From the NCBI GenBank assembly GCA_029941465.1, contig JAPYQN010000004.1, positions 13,111 through 77,110 on the forward strand: 64,000 bases of DNA. Direction: 5' to 3'. Source of the stretch: Gammaproteobacteria bacterium (GTDB lineage: Bacteria > Pseudomonadota > Gammaproteobacteria > Steroidobacterales > UBA11654). Positions within the stretch are counted from its first letter, which is position 1, and every line of letters begins with the position of its first letter. A model generated the notes under the pieces. That model made no database searches. It was not told the DNA's origin and was given only the letters and a program-made list of their open reading frames with translations. A program made the translations under genes and the position numbers. Shown here piece by piece: positions 17,934 through 27,808 of the stretch.

Positions 17934-19829
17934 TTAGGATGTTTGTTCCTCCACGGCTCGCCAGGCAGAATCGATTGCTGCATTAACATATGCATAAGCT
18001 TCAGAATCTGAATTTGCGATAGAAATTTTTCCAAATTGCGCTCGACCGATTTCGTGCGGGGCTTGCCCTTCCTTCCATTCAGGATCATACAATGCCATGT
18101 ACTCATAAGCATAACCATGCGGCCATCGATTTAATGTAATGGCTTTAATATCAGTTTCATGATTAAAACCATAATCACCTAAAACCGCCTGTAGTTGATC
18201 ACGAATTTGAGCTTCATAATTTTCAAATGAGGTTGAATATATGATTTGACGACCAATTTTAAATAATTCTCTTGAGGTCTCGCTTCCTGTTGATTTAACT
18301 TTTGGGATCCCCAATAAAAATAGAACCATCGGATCATTTGGTGTTTGTGGTGGCTGATGACCTCCAGTGATTGTAGGGGGAGCAACTGTTATTAAATCGA
18401 AAGGATCCATAGGGCATGAGATCAAACTGGCGCCAATTTTTGAAAATGCGATTCCATCATTTAAATGGATATTAGCTAAAACTAAAGGAGCCTTTTCCGC
18501 ATAACGTATACCCTCTTTTTGGGCATCAGGTAATTCAGGGCATAAATAAGGAATGATGCTGTTATAACAAGCCAAAATACAATGATTACCTTTCACTCTC
18601 ATGGCATCGCCATTTTTTACGTAATCTACCTCTACGCTACCATCGCCGTTTTCTCTTGCACCCACGACTGTGCTATTTAATCTCAGTCGAACAGCATTAT
18701 CGTTTCGATCAAGCATTTTATAATTAAAATAACTGGTCGATATATTTTCAAAATCTGTGCGACCCGCTGTAACTGCAGGTATTAATTTTTTTACCAAAAG
18801 TCTCGGGACTGTTGAATTCCCGTCTGGAAAATATAATGATTCACTGGTATCTAAGAAATTACCCAGTTTCAGCATAATCTTCGCCACACTCCCTACTGAC
18901 TGAAGACCAGGAGCACCTGTAGAAATAGCTTCAAAGAAACTGACGTTTTTTCCATCCACACAAAATATCAGCCTGATCATCGAGTAAAAAATAGCAGCGG
19001 TATCTTCATCAATACCAACCTTTTTGGTTAAAAATTCGCTATAGCTTGTCGATTGAATGTAGTTGTATTTCTCTCGAAGGGAAAGATCTTCCAGATAGTC
19101 ATGCTTTCCTCCTAGAAATTGAATTAATTTTTGTTGTTCACTTTCAGCAAGGGGGAGTGACTCGATTGTGCTCTTAATATCTCCTACACCCTGCATCGTA
19201 TCTAGCCAATTGCCCTTAGTGATCACATGACCATCAGGACCTGGGATTGCAAGAGCATTATTTGCTGAGGGATTACTCAATGGATAATTGTCATCTATAT
19301 TTGCAGCCATTGAATCAAGATCAACACCTAAATCATTTAATAAGTTCCTTGATATCTCACTGTAGTCTTGGGGATTGTCAAGATTTACTGAACCACCAAT
19401 GCCTAACAACAATCGTCCGTCTTGATGAAATTCGTTACGTTTTGCATGACCGCCAAAATCATCATGATTATCCAACAGTAAAATGCGTGCATCTGAACCC
19501 ATTTTTTTTTGATAAAACCAAGCAGTTGCAAGACCACTTATACCTGCACCAACAATTACAAGATCATACTCTTCATCAAGTTTTTCATATTTAGAGGGCT
19601 TTTCTCCAGTCCAAGCCAAAGCATGAGCCACCTCAAAAGAACCTTTGTGACTGCCACGCATTCCGGTAAGTGTTGGAGGGTAATAAGCGAAGGGTTGTTC
19701 TGGGTTTTGAATAGTAAATGCGTTTTGCCCAAATAAATCCATAGGGCTCAAGAGACTGATTCCTGTGCCGATAGCTATACCATTACAGAAATCACGACGT
19801 GTTATTTGTTTACTCATTTTCAAACTCAA
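17934..19829 (-). CDS. Tat-exported FAD-dependent amine oxidoreductase, spermidine dehydrogenase (SpdH)-like
   Basis: Twin-arginine signal ITRRDFCNGIAIG. YPPTLTGMRGSHKGSFEVAH. Dinucleotide fold DLVIVGAGISGL. 631 aa. The function is inferred from remembered SpdH-family features. Confidence 0.55.
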   Translation of the reverse strand: MSLKMSKQITRRDFCNGIAIGTGISLLSPMDLFGQNAFTIQNPEQPFAYYPPTLTGMRGSHKGSFEVAHALAWTGEKPSKYEKLDEEYDLVIVGAGISGLATAWFYQKKMGSDARILLLDNHDDFGGHAKRNEFHQDGRLLLGIGGSVNLDNPQDYSEISRNLLNDLGVDLDSMAANIDDNYPLSNPSANNALAIPGPDGHVITKGNWLDTMQGVGDIKSTIESLPLAESEQQKLIQFLGGKHDYLEDLSLREKYNYIQSTSYSEFLTKKVGIDEDTAAIFYSMIRLIFCVDGKNVSFFEAISTGAPGLQSVGSVAKIMLKLGNFLDTSESLYFPDGNSTVPRLLVKKLIPAVTAGRTDFENISTSYFNYKMLDRNDNAVRLRLNSTVVGARENGDGSVEVDYVKNGDAMRVKGNHCILACYNSIIPYLCPELPDAQKEGIRYAEKAPLVLANIHLNDGIAFSKIGASLISCPMDPFDLITVAPPTITGGHQPPQTPNDPMVLFLLGIPKVKSTGSETSRELFKIGRQIIYSTSFENYEAQIRDQLQAVLGDYGFNHETDIKAITLNRWPHGYAYEYMALYDPEWKEGQAPHEIGRAQFGKISIANSDSEAYAYVNAAIDSAWRAVEEQTS

Positions 19830-19899
19830 TACTGTACATCATTAATGTCATACTATTAATAACTTTAATGAAGGAAAAAGAAATGATTGAGGAAAAATT

Positions 19900-20625
19900 A
19901 TGAGCACGAAAATCACACTAGATTACCAAATCAACCGGTTGGGCTTTTGGTCCGCCATGCTGCTGATCGCTTTGGGGGTGGTCTCCATGTATTTGCCACT
20001 GGATATCCCCGGAGGTTCCACAGCGGAACACGCAGACCGTGTGGCCTGGCTGAGTACCAACCGAGGTGCATTTATCGCGGGCTGGGCAAACCAGATTGTC
20101 GCTATGCTCTGTGGGTCCGGCGTTTTATTTGGGATTGCCTGGCAGATTAGGGGGGGGAATCCGCTGCGCGCAATACTCGCGGCGATGGTGGTTCTGGTGT
20201 CCGTTGTTGCCTATATTATCCCGAAGTTTATGGCGGTGTGGACCATACCTCAGTTAGCAGAGATCGTTTCAAGCGGTGTGACGGGTGCTGGTGCTGAGTT
20301 GGCTGATCCACTACTTCGCATACTGAATGGGGGCGTCGCGTTTTCGCTTTACGAGGCTCTCGAGAATCTTGGTTTCTGGATGTGGGCGGTTTTTGCTCTG
20401 CTGGTGGCGGTTCCACTGTACGGCGATTCAGTGGCTTCAAAAATTGCGGCGGTTACTCTGGGATATATCGGTATCTCCTATCACGTTCTGGTGGGCGCGA
20501 TGCTTATCGGTATTGTAGATCTGCCCGCGATTCACGGCTACCTCGAAGTCACGTTCAATCTCATGGTAATCGTAGTAATCGCAATGGGCTTTCATTTCAA
20601 AGCAGCGCTGGCTGCTGCTCGATAG
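19900..20625 (+). CDS. Hypothetical polytopic membrane protein (about 6-7 TM), compositionally foreign
   Basis: 241 aa, hydrophobic. Codons are G/C-ending (CTG, GTG, GCG, GGC), unlike every other membrane-protein gene in the window. Confidence 0.6.
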   Translation: MSTKITLDYQINRLGFWSAMLLIALGVVSMYLPLDIPGGSTAEHADRVAWLSTNRGAFIAGWANQIVAMLCGSGVLFGIAWQIRGGNPLRAILAAMVVLVSVVAYIIPKFMAVWTIPQLAEIVSSGVTGAGAELADPLLRILNGGVAFSLYEALENLGFWMWAVFALLVAVPLYGDSVASKIAAVTLGYIGISYHVLVGAMLIGIVDLPAIHGYLEVTFNLMVIVVIAMGFHFKAALAAAR

Positions 20626-20640
20626 ATGGCTGGGCTTGTG
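19935..20640. other. GC-rich compositional block coinciding with one gene
   Basis: Hand count gives 131 G+C in 240 nt at 19901-20140, against 35 in 120 nt at 17221-17340 (trmB). Six spurious alternative-frame ORFs of 60 aa or more pile up only here in the ORF track. Confidence 0.7.
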
Positions 20641-20663
20641 ATCAATTTCCAATTTATGATCAC
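20638..20663 (+). terminator. Weak hairpin after the GC-rich gene (gtgatca-N12-tgatcac, then tttcgaaaattt)
   Basis: A 7-bp stem 13 nt after the stop codon. The stem is AT-rich and the T-tract is interrupted. Confidence 0.25.
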
Positions 20664-20799
20664 TTTCGAAAATTTGATGAAAATACTGTTTTAGGGTTAA
20701 TGGATAACAAAGATATGAATGATCCATATTTCTTTATACTTAAGCGTGAAAACATCACGGAATAACTTCTATTAATTCTCAACTGCTTTTTAGATAATT

Positions 20800-21255
20800 T
20801 TATTTTAGAGCAGAACCATCTTCTGTATATATGACCCATACTTTGTTATAGCCATCGGTATCCCATGTGCCTGTCCATTCTTTGGGAATGCTAACTGCTT
20901 CACCTGCATTCATTGTTTGCACAGTTCCATCTGCAGAGGTTAGAGTGATACTTCCTTCAAGGATGTAAAAGAACTCATCGACACCGTAAGGTTCGGTAAT
21001 ATCATAATGAACTTTTCCAGACCGATACATTCCGGTACCAAACTTTCCATCACTGCTGAGCATGGTCATTACGTCTAAAGTGGTGTTTCCATTATTCGTC
21101 TCCTCTACCATATCCGGACGGTTATAAATAGCACCAGCAGCATCCTCTTTACTAATTTTTGCAGGTATCACCACCGTACTTTCTTCATGGTCATCAGACA
21201 TAACTGTCACAGACATAAAGACCCCAATCACTGTAGCCAGAATAATTTTTTTCAT
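20800..21255 (-). CDS. Secreted cupin-domain protein (DUF861/cupin_3-like)
   Basis: Signal peptide MKKIILATVIGVFMSVTVMS. Cupin barrel ...FYILEGSITLTSADGTVQTMNAGEAVSIPKEWTGTW. I place the start at ATG 21255, which is preceded by AGGAG. Confidence 0.6.
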   Translation of the reverse strand: MKKIILATVIGVFMSVTVMSDDHEESTVVIPAKISKEDAAGAIYNRPDMVEETNNGNTTLDVMTMLSSDGKFGTGMYRSGKVHYDITEPYGVDEFFYILEGSITLTSADGTVQTMNAGEAVSIPKEWTGTWDTDGYNKVWVIYTEDGSALK

Positions 21256-21457
21256 CAAAGTTCTCCTAAAAAATAATACATACACATAAAATAAAAAATT
21301 CAATTTATATAACCTGATTTTATACTATTAACCACTCATTAACCGCTAGATCAGCACAAAGTAGGTGAGACCACAGTCGATAATGCCTTCAGCCATTCCA
21401 GCTGAACCGAAGGACAGACGGTTCTTAACTAAAAGCAACCATTTCATTATTGAACCT

Positions 21458-22954
21458 TTAACCTCTTAGAGAACCCAGCTTTAACATCGGGGCTGATAAT
21501 GTGCTTTGACCTTCTAAAAACCGATCAATTGCTAAAGCAGCACCTCTACCTTCATTCATTGCCCAGACAACCAATGATTGTCCTCGTCGACAATCACCGC
21601 TAGCAAAAACACCTTCGATGCTGGTTGAAAAATCTCCATAATCAGCATGAATATTATTTCTATCATTTAATTTAACCTTCATCTTATCTAGCAGGTATTG
21701 TTCTGGGCCTACAAACCCCATAGCTAAAAATATAAGATCAGCCTCCCATATTTCCTCAGTCCCTCTTACCTCTTTCATGCTTTGCTGCCCTAAAGATGTC
21801 TCCTCCCAATCTAAATTAATTGTTTTAAGTCCTGTCAGCTTATTGTGCTCATCAACAAGAAATTCTTTACTCAGGAGTGAAAACTCTCTTGGATCCTTGC
21901 CAAACCTCTCTTGAGACTCTTCGTGACCATAATCGGTTCTGTAAATATGGGGCCATAATGGCCAGGGGTTATTGTGACCTCTATCTACTGGAGGTTTAGG
22001 CATTATCTCCATATTAACTAGACTGCTGCAGCCTTGTCTTATGGCTGTGGCTATACAATCTGTACCTGTGTCGCCTCCACCTATAACAATCACATTTTTA
22101 TCTTTAGCATTTATATAATTACCATCTGTTAATGAAGTGTTGAGCAAGCTTTTTGTGTGTTGTGTTAGAAAATCCATTGCAAAATGAATGTTCTTTCCGT
22201 CTCTACCAGGAATTTCAATATCCCTAGGTATTGTCGAGCCCGTAGCAATTAAGATTGCATCAAAATCATCCATGAGTGCTTGGGGTTCAAGGTTGACCCC
22301 GACATTTGTATTAACTCTAAATTCTATACCAGAGTCCTCAAGTAATTGAAGACGACGCTTAACTAAGCTTTTAGAAAGTTTCATATTAGGTATGCCATAC
22401 ATTAATAGTCCTCCAACCCTGTCCTCACGCTCAAAAACAATAACGGAATGACCGGCTTGGTTTAATTGATCTGCAGCTGTAAGTCCTGCTGGCCCAGAGC
22501 CTATAATTGCAACCCTCTTATTAGTTCTTTTTGTTGTTTGTTGCGACCTAACCCAACCTTCTTCAAAAGCTCTATCAATGATGGAGTTTTCAATATCTTT
22601 AATCGTAACTGCTGGCTCATTAATGCCTAGTACGCAAGCCCCTTCACACGGCGCTGGGCAAACTCGTCCTGTGAATTCAGGAAAATTATTTGTCTTAATG
22701 AGTCTGTTATATGCATCTCTCCATCTATTTTTATAAACTAAGTCATTCCATTCAGGGATAAGGTTATCAATAGGACACCCGTGTTCAGACTCACAAAAAG
22801 GTACGCCACAATTCATGCATCGTGCACCCTGGATTTTTAAGTCATGGTCTTTAGCAGGGGTGTATATTTCATAATAATCAAGCAGTCTTTCCTTGGTATC
22901 ACGCCAAGGTGTTTTCCGCCTAGGGTATTCCATAAAACCTGTTGGCTTACCCAT
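21458..22954 (-). CDS. gltD: Glutamate synthase small subunit
   Basis: MGKPTGFMEY..., Fe-S Cys clusters and GSGPAGL. 498 aa. Start ATG 22954 lies 1 nt after the gltB stop. Confidence 0.92.
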   Translation of the reverse strand: MGKPTGFMEYPRRKTPWRDTKERLLDYYEIYTPAKDHDLKIQGARCMNCGVPFCESEHGCPIDNLIPEWNDLVYKNRWRDAYNRLIKTNNFPEFTGRVCPAPCEGACVLGINEPAVTIKDIENSIIDRAFEEGWVRSQQTTKRTNKRVAIIGSGPAGLTAADQLNQAGHSVIVFEREDRVGGLLMYGIPNMKLSKSLVKRRLQLLEDSGIEFRVNTNVGVNLEPQALMDDFDAILIATGSTIPRDIEIPGRDGKNIHFAMDFLTQHTKSLLNTSLTDGNYINAKDKNVIVIGGGDTGTDCIATAIRQGCSSLVNMEIMPKPPVDRGHNNPWPLWPHIYRTDYGHEESQERFGKDPREFSLLSKEFLVDEHNKLTGLKTINLDWEETSLGQQSMKEVRGTEEIWEADLIFLAMGFVGPEQYLLDKMKVKLNDRNNIHADYGDFSTSIEGVFASGDCRRGQSLVVWAMNEGRGAALAIDRFLEGQSTLSAPMLKLGSLRG

Positions 22955-22955
22955 C

Positions 22956-25900
22956 TTAAACTCCTGGCCTCTCAGATTGCCTATCTTTAACCTCAAAAAT
23001 AGATTCAATTTCCTCATTATGTTCGCGTCGCTCTGTCATAACTCGCTTATAATCTTGTGGCATAACTTTGACAAAGTTCTCTAGGCTGTTTTCCCAGTCA
23101 TTGAGGAGTAATGCAGCGACCTCTGACTGGGTATATCTCTGATGTAGTTCCACCATTCTAAGAAGCTCAGCAACACTCTCTTTGTCTTCTACTGTTTCAA
23201 GTTCAACCATACCTGTGTTGCATTTGGGTTCAAATTCATTATGTGGATCATAAACATAAGCAATGCCCCCTGACATTCCTGCAGCAAAATTTACCCCCGT
23301 TGATCCCAAGATCACCACGCGTCCACCGGTCATGTATTCACAAGCATGGTCTCCAACCCCTTCAACCACTGCTCTTGCCCCACTGTTTCTCACACAAAAT
23401 CGTTCTGCTGCAATGCCTTTAAAAAAACCAGAGCCCGAGGTAGCTCCATAAAGTGCTACATTGCCAATAATTATGTTCTTTTGTGCTACAAAACCATCCA
23501 TCTCTGGAGGAGCAACAATTATCTTTCCCCCTGACAACCCTTTACCAACATAATCATTGGCATCACCAACTAAATTAAAAGTAATACCTTTTGATAAAAA
23601 AGCCCCAAAACTCTGACCTGCAGATCCCTTAAAATCAATTTTAATAGTGTCATTTGGTAAGCCGTCTTCGCCCCATAAGGAGACCACCTTATGGCTCAAC
23701 ATGGCGCCTGTTGTTCGGTTTGTGTTTGTGATCGGATATTGTAAATTAATTGGTTCTTTAGTTTTTATTGACTCTTTTGCATCCTTGATGAGTTGTCGGT
23801 CTAAAACATTCTTAATTCCATGATTTTGTGGAACTGTCTTCCTAATTACCGCACCTTTACGAAGTTCTGAGGCATTAACTAATAAAGCCTTTAAATCTAT
23901 CTTGTTTGATTTCCAGTGCTTCACAGCCTTACGAGCATTTAATAAATCAACACGACCAATTAATTCATCAATTGACTTAATCCCCAAGTCGGCCATGATT
24001 TCTCTAGCCTCTTCGGCCACCATAAATAAATAATTAATAATGTGTTCTGGCTGCCCAGCAAACTTTTCCCTTAGTATTTTATCCTGTGTGGCTATACCTA
24101 CTGGGCATGTATTCATATGACACTTTCTCATCATAATGCAACCCATGGTTATGAGGGGTGCGGTTGAGAAGCCAAACTCTTCTGCACCAAGTAACGCCGC
24201 TATAACAACATCTCTCCCAGTCTTCAGCCCACCATCAGTTTGTAAAGTAACTCTGCCTCTAAGATCATTAAGTACCAAGGTTTGATGTACTTCTGCAATG
24301 CCTAACTCCCAAGGCATGCCGGCATGCTTAATACTGGTTAGGGGTGAAGCTCCCGTGCCTCCAACATCCCCAGAAATAACGATGTGGTCTGCATGTGCTT
24401 TAACAACCCCAGCTGATATTGTACCCACACCCGTTTCAGCAACTAATTTGACGCTTATTTCAGCTTTTGGATTGGCGTTCTTAAGATCAAAAATTAATTG
24501 GGACAAATCCTCAATTGAATAAATATCATGATGTGGTGGTGGGCTAATTAAACCTACACCAGGTGTTGAATGTCTTATTGATGCAATTTTTTCATCTACT
24601 TTTCTGCCGGGTAACTCGCCACCTTCACCTGGTTTTGCTCCTTGTGCAATCTTGATTTGTAGTTGTTTTGCGTTTGCAATGTAATTAGCTGTAACGCCAA
24701 AACGGCCTGAAGCGATTTGTTTAATCGCTGAGGATTTAGAATCACCATTCTTCATCGGCTTGAAGCGTTCTGGGTCTTCACCTCCTTCTCCGCTATTACT
24801 TCTCCCGCCTATTCTATTCATAGCAATAGCTAGTGTTTCATGCGCTTCTGATGAGATGGAGCCGAAGCTCATAGCTCCGGTGCAAAAGCGTTGAATAATT
24901 TGGCTTGCAGGTTCTACTTTATTGATATCTATTTTTTTATTCTTAGAGGTATTAAATCCTAGTAATCCCCTTAGAGATAATGATTCTTCAGCTGTGCGGT
25001 TAGCGTTGGATGCGAATTGTTGATACGCGTTTTTATCATTTTTACGTGCAGCATATTGTAATGACCAAACAGTTTCTGGGTCCCAAGCTTTCTTTTCTCC
25101 TTGGCTTCTCCAGTGAAATTCTCCAGGGTTTGGAAGGCTGTCTATGTTTAAATTACTATCTTGTGGCCACCCAAGACTATGGCGTTGCTTTGCTTCTTCT
25201 TCTAATAACGAAAAATCGGCGCCTTCTATCCGATTTGTTGTGCCAGCAAAACAAAGATCAATTACCTCTTGAGCTAAACCAAGGGCTTCAAAAATTTGTG
25301 CGCCTTTATAAGACTGAAGAGTGGATATTCCCATTTTACCCATAACTTTAAGCACGCCTTTAATAATAGCTTGGCGATAAGCATCCACAACTTCTTCGTT
25401 GTTATCCAATACAATCCTGTTTTCTTTGCCACGCCGCTGGTGCGAGTGTTTCACTAACCCTTCATCTTTTGCATGGATGAGTGCTTCATAGGCTAAATAC
25501 GGGTTGATAGCATCTGCTCCATAACCAAATAGAAGACAAAAATGATGAACCTCTCTGGCCTCAGCCGTTTCAAGCACAATCGCTGTTTTTGTTCGTTTTG
25601 CTACCTTAATTAAATGATGATGTACGGCCCCACAAGCCATTAAACTGCTTATAGCTGCTAATTCATGATTAACATTTCTATCTGAAAGAACCAAGAAACC
25701 CACACCATTATCAACAGCCGCTTCTGCTTGCTTACAAACCCTGATAACAGCGGTTTTTAAATCTTCTGGTGACGAGTCTGAAATATTGAAGGTTATATCT
25801 ATCACTTTGCTTTTATGACCCTCATGATCAAGATGCTTCAAGGCATATAAAGCAGTATTGGTTAGAATTGGATGATCAACTAATAATCGATGTGTGTGGC

Positions 25901-27587
25901 CTTCTCCAGGGTTTAGTATGTTTTTTTCTGGGCCAATATAACACTCTAGAGACATTATGATTTTTTCTCTTATGGAGTCAATTGCAGGGTTTGAAACTTG
26001 AGCAAATAATTGTTTAAAGTAATCATATAACATGCGTTGTTTGTCGCTTAAAACAGCCAACGCAGAGTCATTACCCATTGACCCTAAAGGGTCCCTTAAG
26101 TCATGCACCATGGGTAACAGCATAAACTCTAAAGTTTCTGAGGTATAGCCAAATGCTCTCATCCTTCGAGTAAGCTCCTCAAGTGAAAACATGGGATCTG
26201 ATCTTGATTGTTTTATTTTTCTAAAAATTAGTCGGTTATCATGGAGCCATTCTCTATATGGTTTGGCATTTATTAGGGGTTCTTTTACCTCATCATCTGA
26301 AAGCACTTGGCCTTTTTTAAAATCAATAAGAAATATTTTTCCAGGCGCTAACCTTCCTTTAATCAAAATATTGTCGTCAGAGATTGGTAAGACACCAACC
26401 TCACTCGCCATAATTACTTTATTATCTTTGGTTATATAGTATCGACTAGGCCTTAACCCATTTCTATCAAGAACTGCTCCGACAACATCTCCATTAGTAA
26501 ATGTAATTGATGCTGGTCCGTCCCATGGCTCCATTAGATTAGAATTAAACGCATAATATGCCTTTCTATCTTTAGACAGTGTTTTCTTGTTCTGCCATGC
26601 CTCCGGTACCATCATTAAGACTGATTCTTCCAGGCTTCTTCCTGTCATAGTCAGAAACTCTAGGACATTATCAAAATTACCAGAGTCTGAGCAGTCTTCC
26701 TCTATCACGGGAAATAGCTCTTTGATTTTTTCACCATATAAATCAGACTTAATAGTGCCTTCTCTTGCTCTCATCCAATTAATATTCCCTTTGATGGTAT
26801 TAATTTCACCATTATGGGACATCATCCTGTTCGGCATCGCTCTATCCCAACTTGGAAATGTGTTGGTTGAGAATCTGGAGTGGACCATGGCTAAATGTGA
26901 CTCAAACTCCTCAGCCCTAAGATCCAGATAAAAAGCTGCTAATTGGTTACAAGTTAACATGCCTTTATAAACAATTGTTTTAGATGACAGACTATTAATA
27001 TAGAAGAGGCTTGAATCTTTTAAAGTTCCGTCATTCCTAAGATCGTTACTGAGCTTTTTTCTAGTTAAATAAAGTTTTCTTTCAAGGTCTTCTTGGTTGT
27101 TAATATTTGTGCTGTCTTGAATAAACACTTGTTCGATAACAGGCATTGCTTGTATGGCAGATGGTCCTATGTTTGAGCCTTTAGGGTCAATTGGTACCTG
27201 TCTCCATCCTAATAATTTTAGATCATTTTTCTGGCAGATTTTTTTGAAATAATTCCTACAATAATTTTGTTCTTTTTTATTTTTTGGTAGAAAAATATTT
27301 CCTACTGCATAGGTGCCCTTTTGCAATACAGCGTCATCAAATAATTCTGCAGCAATGTTTTTAAAAAACTGATGAGGGATGCCTGTGATAATTCCTGCTC
27401 CATCACCTGTATTTGGTTCAGAGCCTCTAGCTCCTCTATGGTCCATATTACAAAGAATGGTCAGGGCATCTCTAACTATTTGTCTGCTCTCTATTCCCTT
27501 GATATCAGCAACAAAACCAACCCCACAACTGTCATGCTCAAATTGAGCATCATATAATCCAACTTTTAGTTTTGGTCTAAAAGACAT
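22956..27587 (-). CDS. gltB: Glutamate synthase large subunit
   Basis: 1543 aa. N-terminal amidotransferase region (FEHDSCGVGF, containing the nucleophile Cys), FMN/Fe-S domain and GXGXG C-terminal domain. Confidence 0.95.
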   Translation of the reverse strand: MSFRPKLKVGLYDAQFEHDSCGVGFVADIKGIESRQIVRDALTILCNMDHRGARGSEPNTGDGAGIITGIPHQFFKNIAAELFDDAVLQKGTYAVGNIFLPKNKKEQNYCRNYFKKICQKNDLKLLGWRQVPIDPKGSNIGPSAIQAMPVIEQVFIQDSTNINNQEDLERKLYLTRKKLSNDLRNDGTLKDSSLFYINSLSSKTIVYKGMLTCNQLAAFYLDLRAEEFESHLAMVHSRFSTNTFPSWDRAMPNRMMSHNGEINTIKGNINWMRAREGTIKSDLYGEKIKELFPVIEEDCSDSGNFDNVLEFLTMTGRSLEESVLMMVPEAWQNKKTLSKDRKAYYAFNSNLMEPWDGPASITFTNGDVVGAVLDRNGLRPSRYYITKDNKVIMASEVGVLPISDDNILIKGRLAPGKIFLIDFKKGQVLSDDEVKEPLINAKPYREWLHDNRLIFRKIKQSRSDPMFSLEELTRRMRAFGYTSETLEFMLLPMVHDLRDPLGSMGNDSALAVLSDKQRMLYDYFKQLFAQVSNPAIDSIREKIIMSLECYIGPEKNILNPGEGHTHRLLVDHPILTNTALYALKHLDHEGHKSKVIDITFNISDSSPEDLKTAVIRVCKQAEAAVDNGVGFLVLSDRNVNHELAAISSLMACGAVHHHLIKVAKRTKTAIVLETAEAREVHHFCLLFGYGADAINPYLAYEALIHAKDEGLVKHSHQRRGKENRIVLDNNEEVVDAYRQAIIKGVLKVMGKMGISTLQSYKGAQIFEALGLAQEVIDLCFAGTTNRIEGADFSLLEEEAKQRHSLGWPQDSNLNIDSLPNPGEFHWRSQGEKKAWDPETVWSLQYAARKNDKNAYQQFASNANRTAEESLSLRGLLGFNTSKNKKIDINKVEPASQIIQRFCTGAMSFGSISSEAHETLAIAMNRIGGRSNSGEGGEDPERFKPMKNGDSKSSAIKQIASGRFGVTANYIANAKQLQIKIAQGAKPGEGGELPGRKVDEKIASIRHSTPGVGLISPPPHHDIYSIEDLSQLIFDLKNANPKAEISVKLVAETGVGTISAGVVKAHADHIVISGDVGGTGASPLTSIKHAGMPWELGIAEVHQTLVLNDLRGRVTLQTDGGLKTGRDVVIAALLGAEEFGFSTAPLITMGCIMMRKCHMNTCPVGIATQDKILREKFAGQPEHIINYLFMVAEEAREIMADLGIKSIDELIGRVDLLNARKAVKHWKSNKIDLKALLVNASELRKGAVIRKTVPQNHGIKNVLDRQLIKDAKESIKTKEPINLQYPITNTNRTTGAMLSHKVVSLWGEDGLPNDTIKIDFKGSAGQSFGAFLSKGITFNLVGDANDYVGKGLSGGKIIVAPPEMDGFVAQKNIIIGNVALYGATSGSGFFKGIAAERFCVRNSGARAVVEGVGDHACEYMTGGRVVILGSTGVNFAAGMSGGIAYVYDPHNEFEPKCNTGMVELETVEDKESVAELLRMVELHQRYTQSEVAALLLNDWENSLENFVKVMPQDYKRVMTERREHNEEIESIFEVKDRQSERPGV

Positions 27588-27808
27588 AATTTTAATTTTG
27601 TTTGTTTGTTAAAAACTTTTATCGAGCAAGCTGTTGATCTTAACCAGACATGGGTATAAAAAAGATTTCGACGCAGCTGATAAAAGTAGATTATAGCAAT
27701 TTTTGATTAATTTTTCTGCTGGCACCGGTATTATATGAGGTCATTGCTATTATTCTATATAAATACCCAATACTTGAACGCTATTAAAAGAAACAAATAA
27801 GGAAAACT

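Noticed and set aside
17934-19829. A compositional anomaly of the SpdH-like gene as evidence of horizontal transfer.
   Set aside because: My spot count (46 G+C in 120 nt at 18421-18540) falls within the range seen for core genes such as gltB. The accessory status rests only on gene content and position.
19887-20765. Six overlapping ORFs of 60 aa or more in several frames around the membrane-protein gene (19887-20150, 20066-20257, 20228-20440, 20327-20518, 20382-20765, 20437-20727).
   Set aside because: They are a by-product of locally high GC (few stop codons). Their translations are Arg/Gly/Pro-rich nonsense. Only 19900-20625 gives a coherent multi-TM protein.
21404-21424. The GAACCG-N9-CGGTTC stem as a tRNA or tmRNA fragment marking an island attachment site.
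   Set aside because: No T-loop (GGTTCGAATCC-like) or acceptor-stem context is present. I found no tRNA-like sequence anywhere in the window.
27720-27734. Sigma-54-like -24 element TGGCAC-N5-TTAT, 75 nt upstream of the AGCS transporter.
   Set aside because: The -12 element lacks the essential GC dinucleotide (TTAT instead of TTGC). The local NtrX-like regulator appears unable to drive sigma-54. This is probably a chance match.
27588-27808. Possible glycine riboswitch upstream of the AGCS amino-acid symporter, as seen in some marine bacteria.
   Set aside because: I could not find the conserved GGAGAG...CACCG...GGGCAA cores or tandem aptamer symmetry by eye. Only an isolated GGCACCGG is present. 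A covariance-model scan would be the decisive test.
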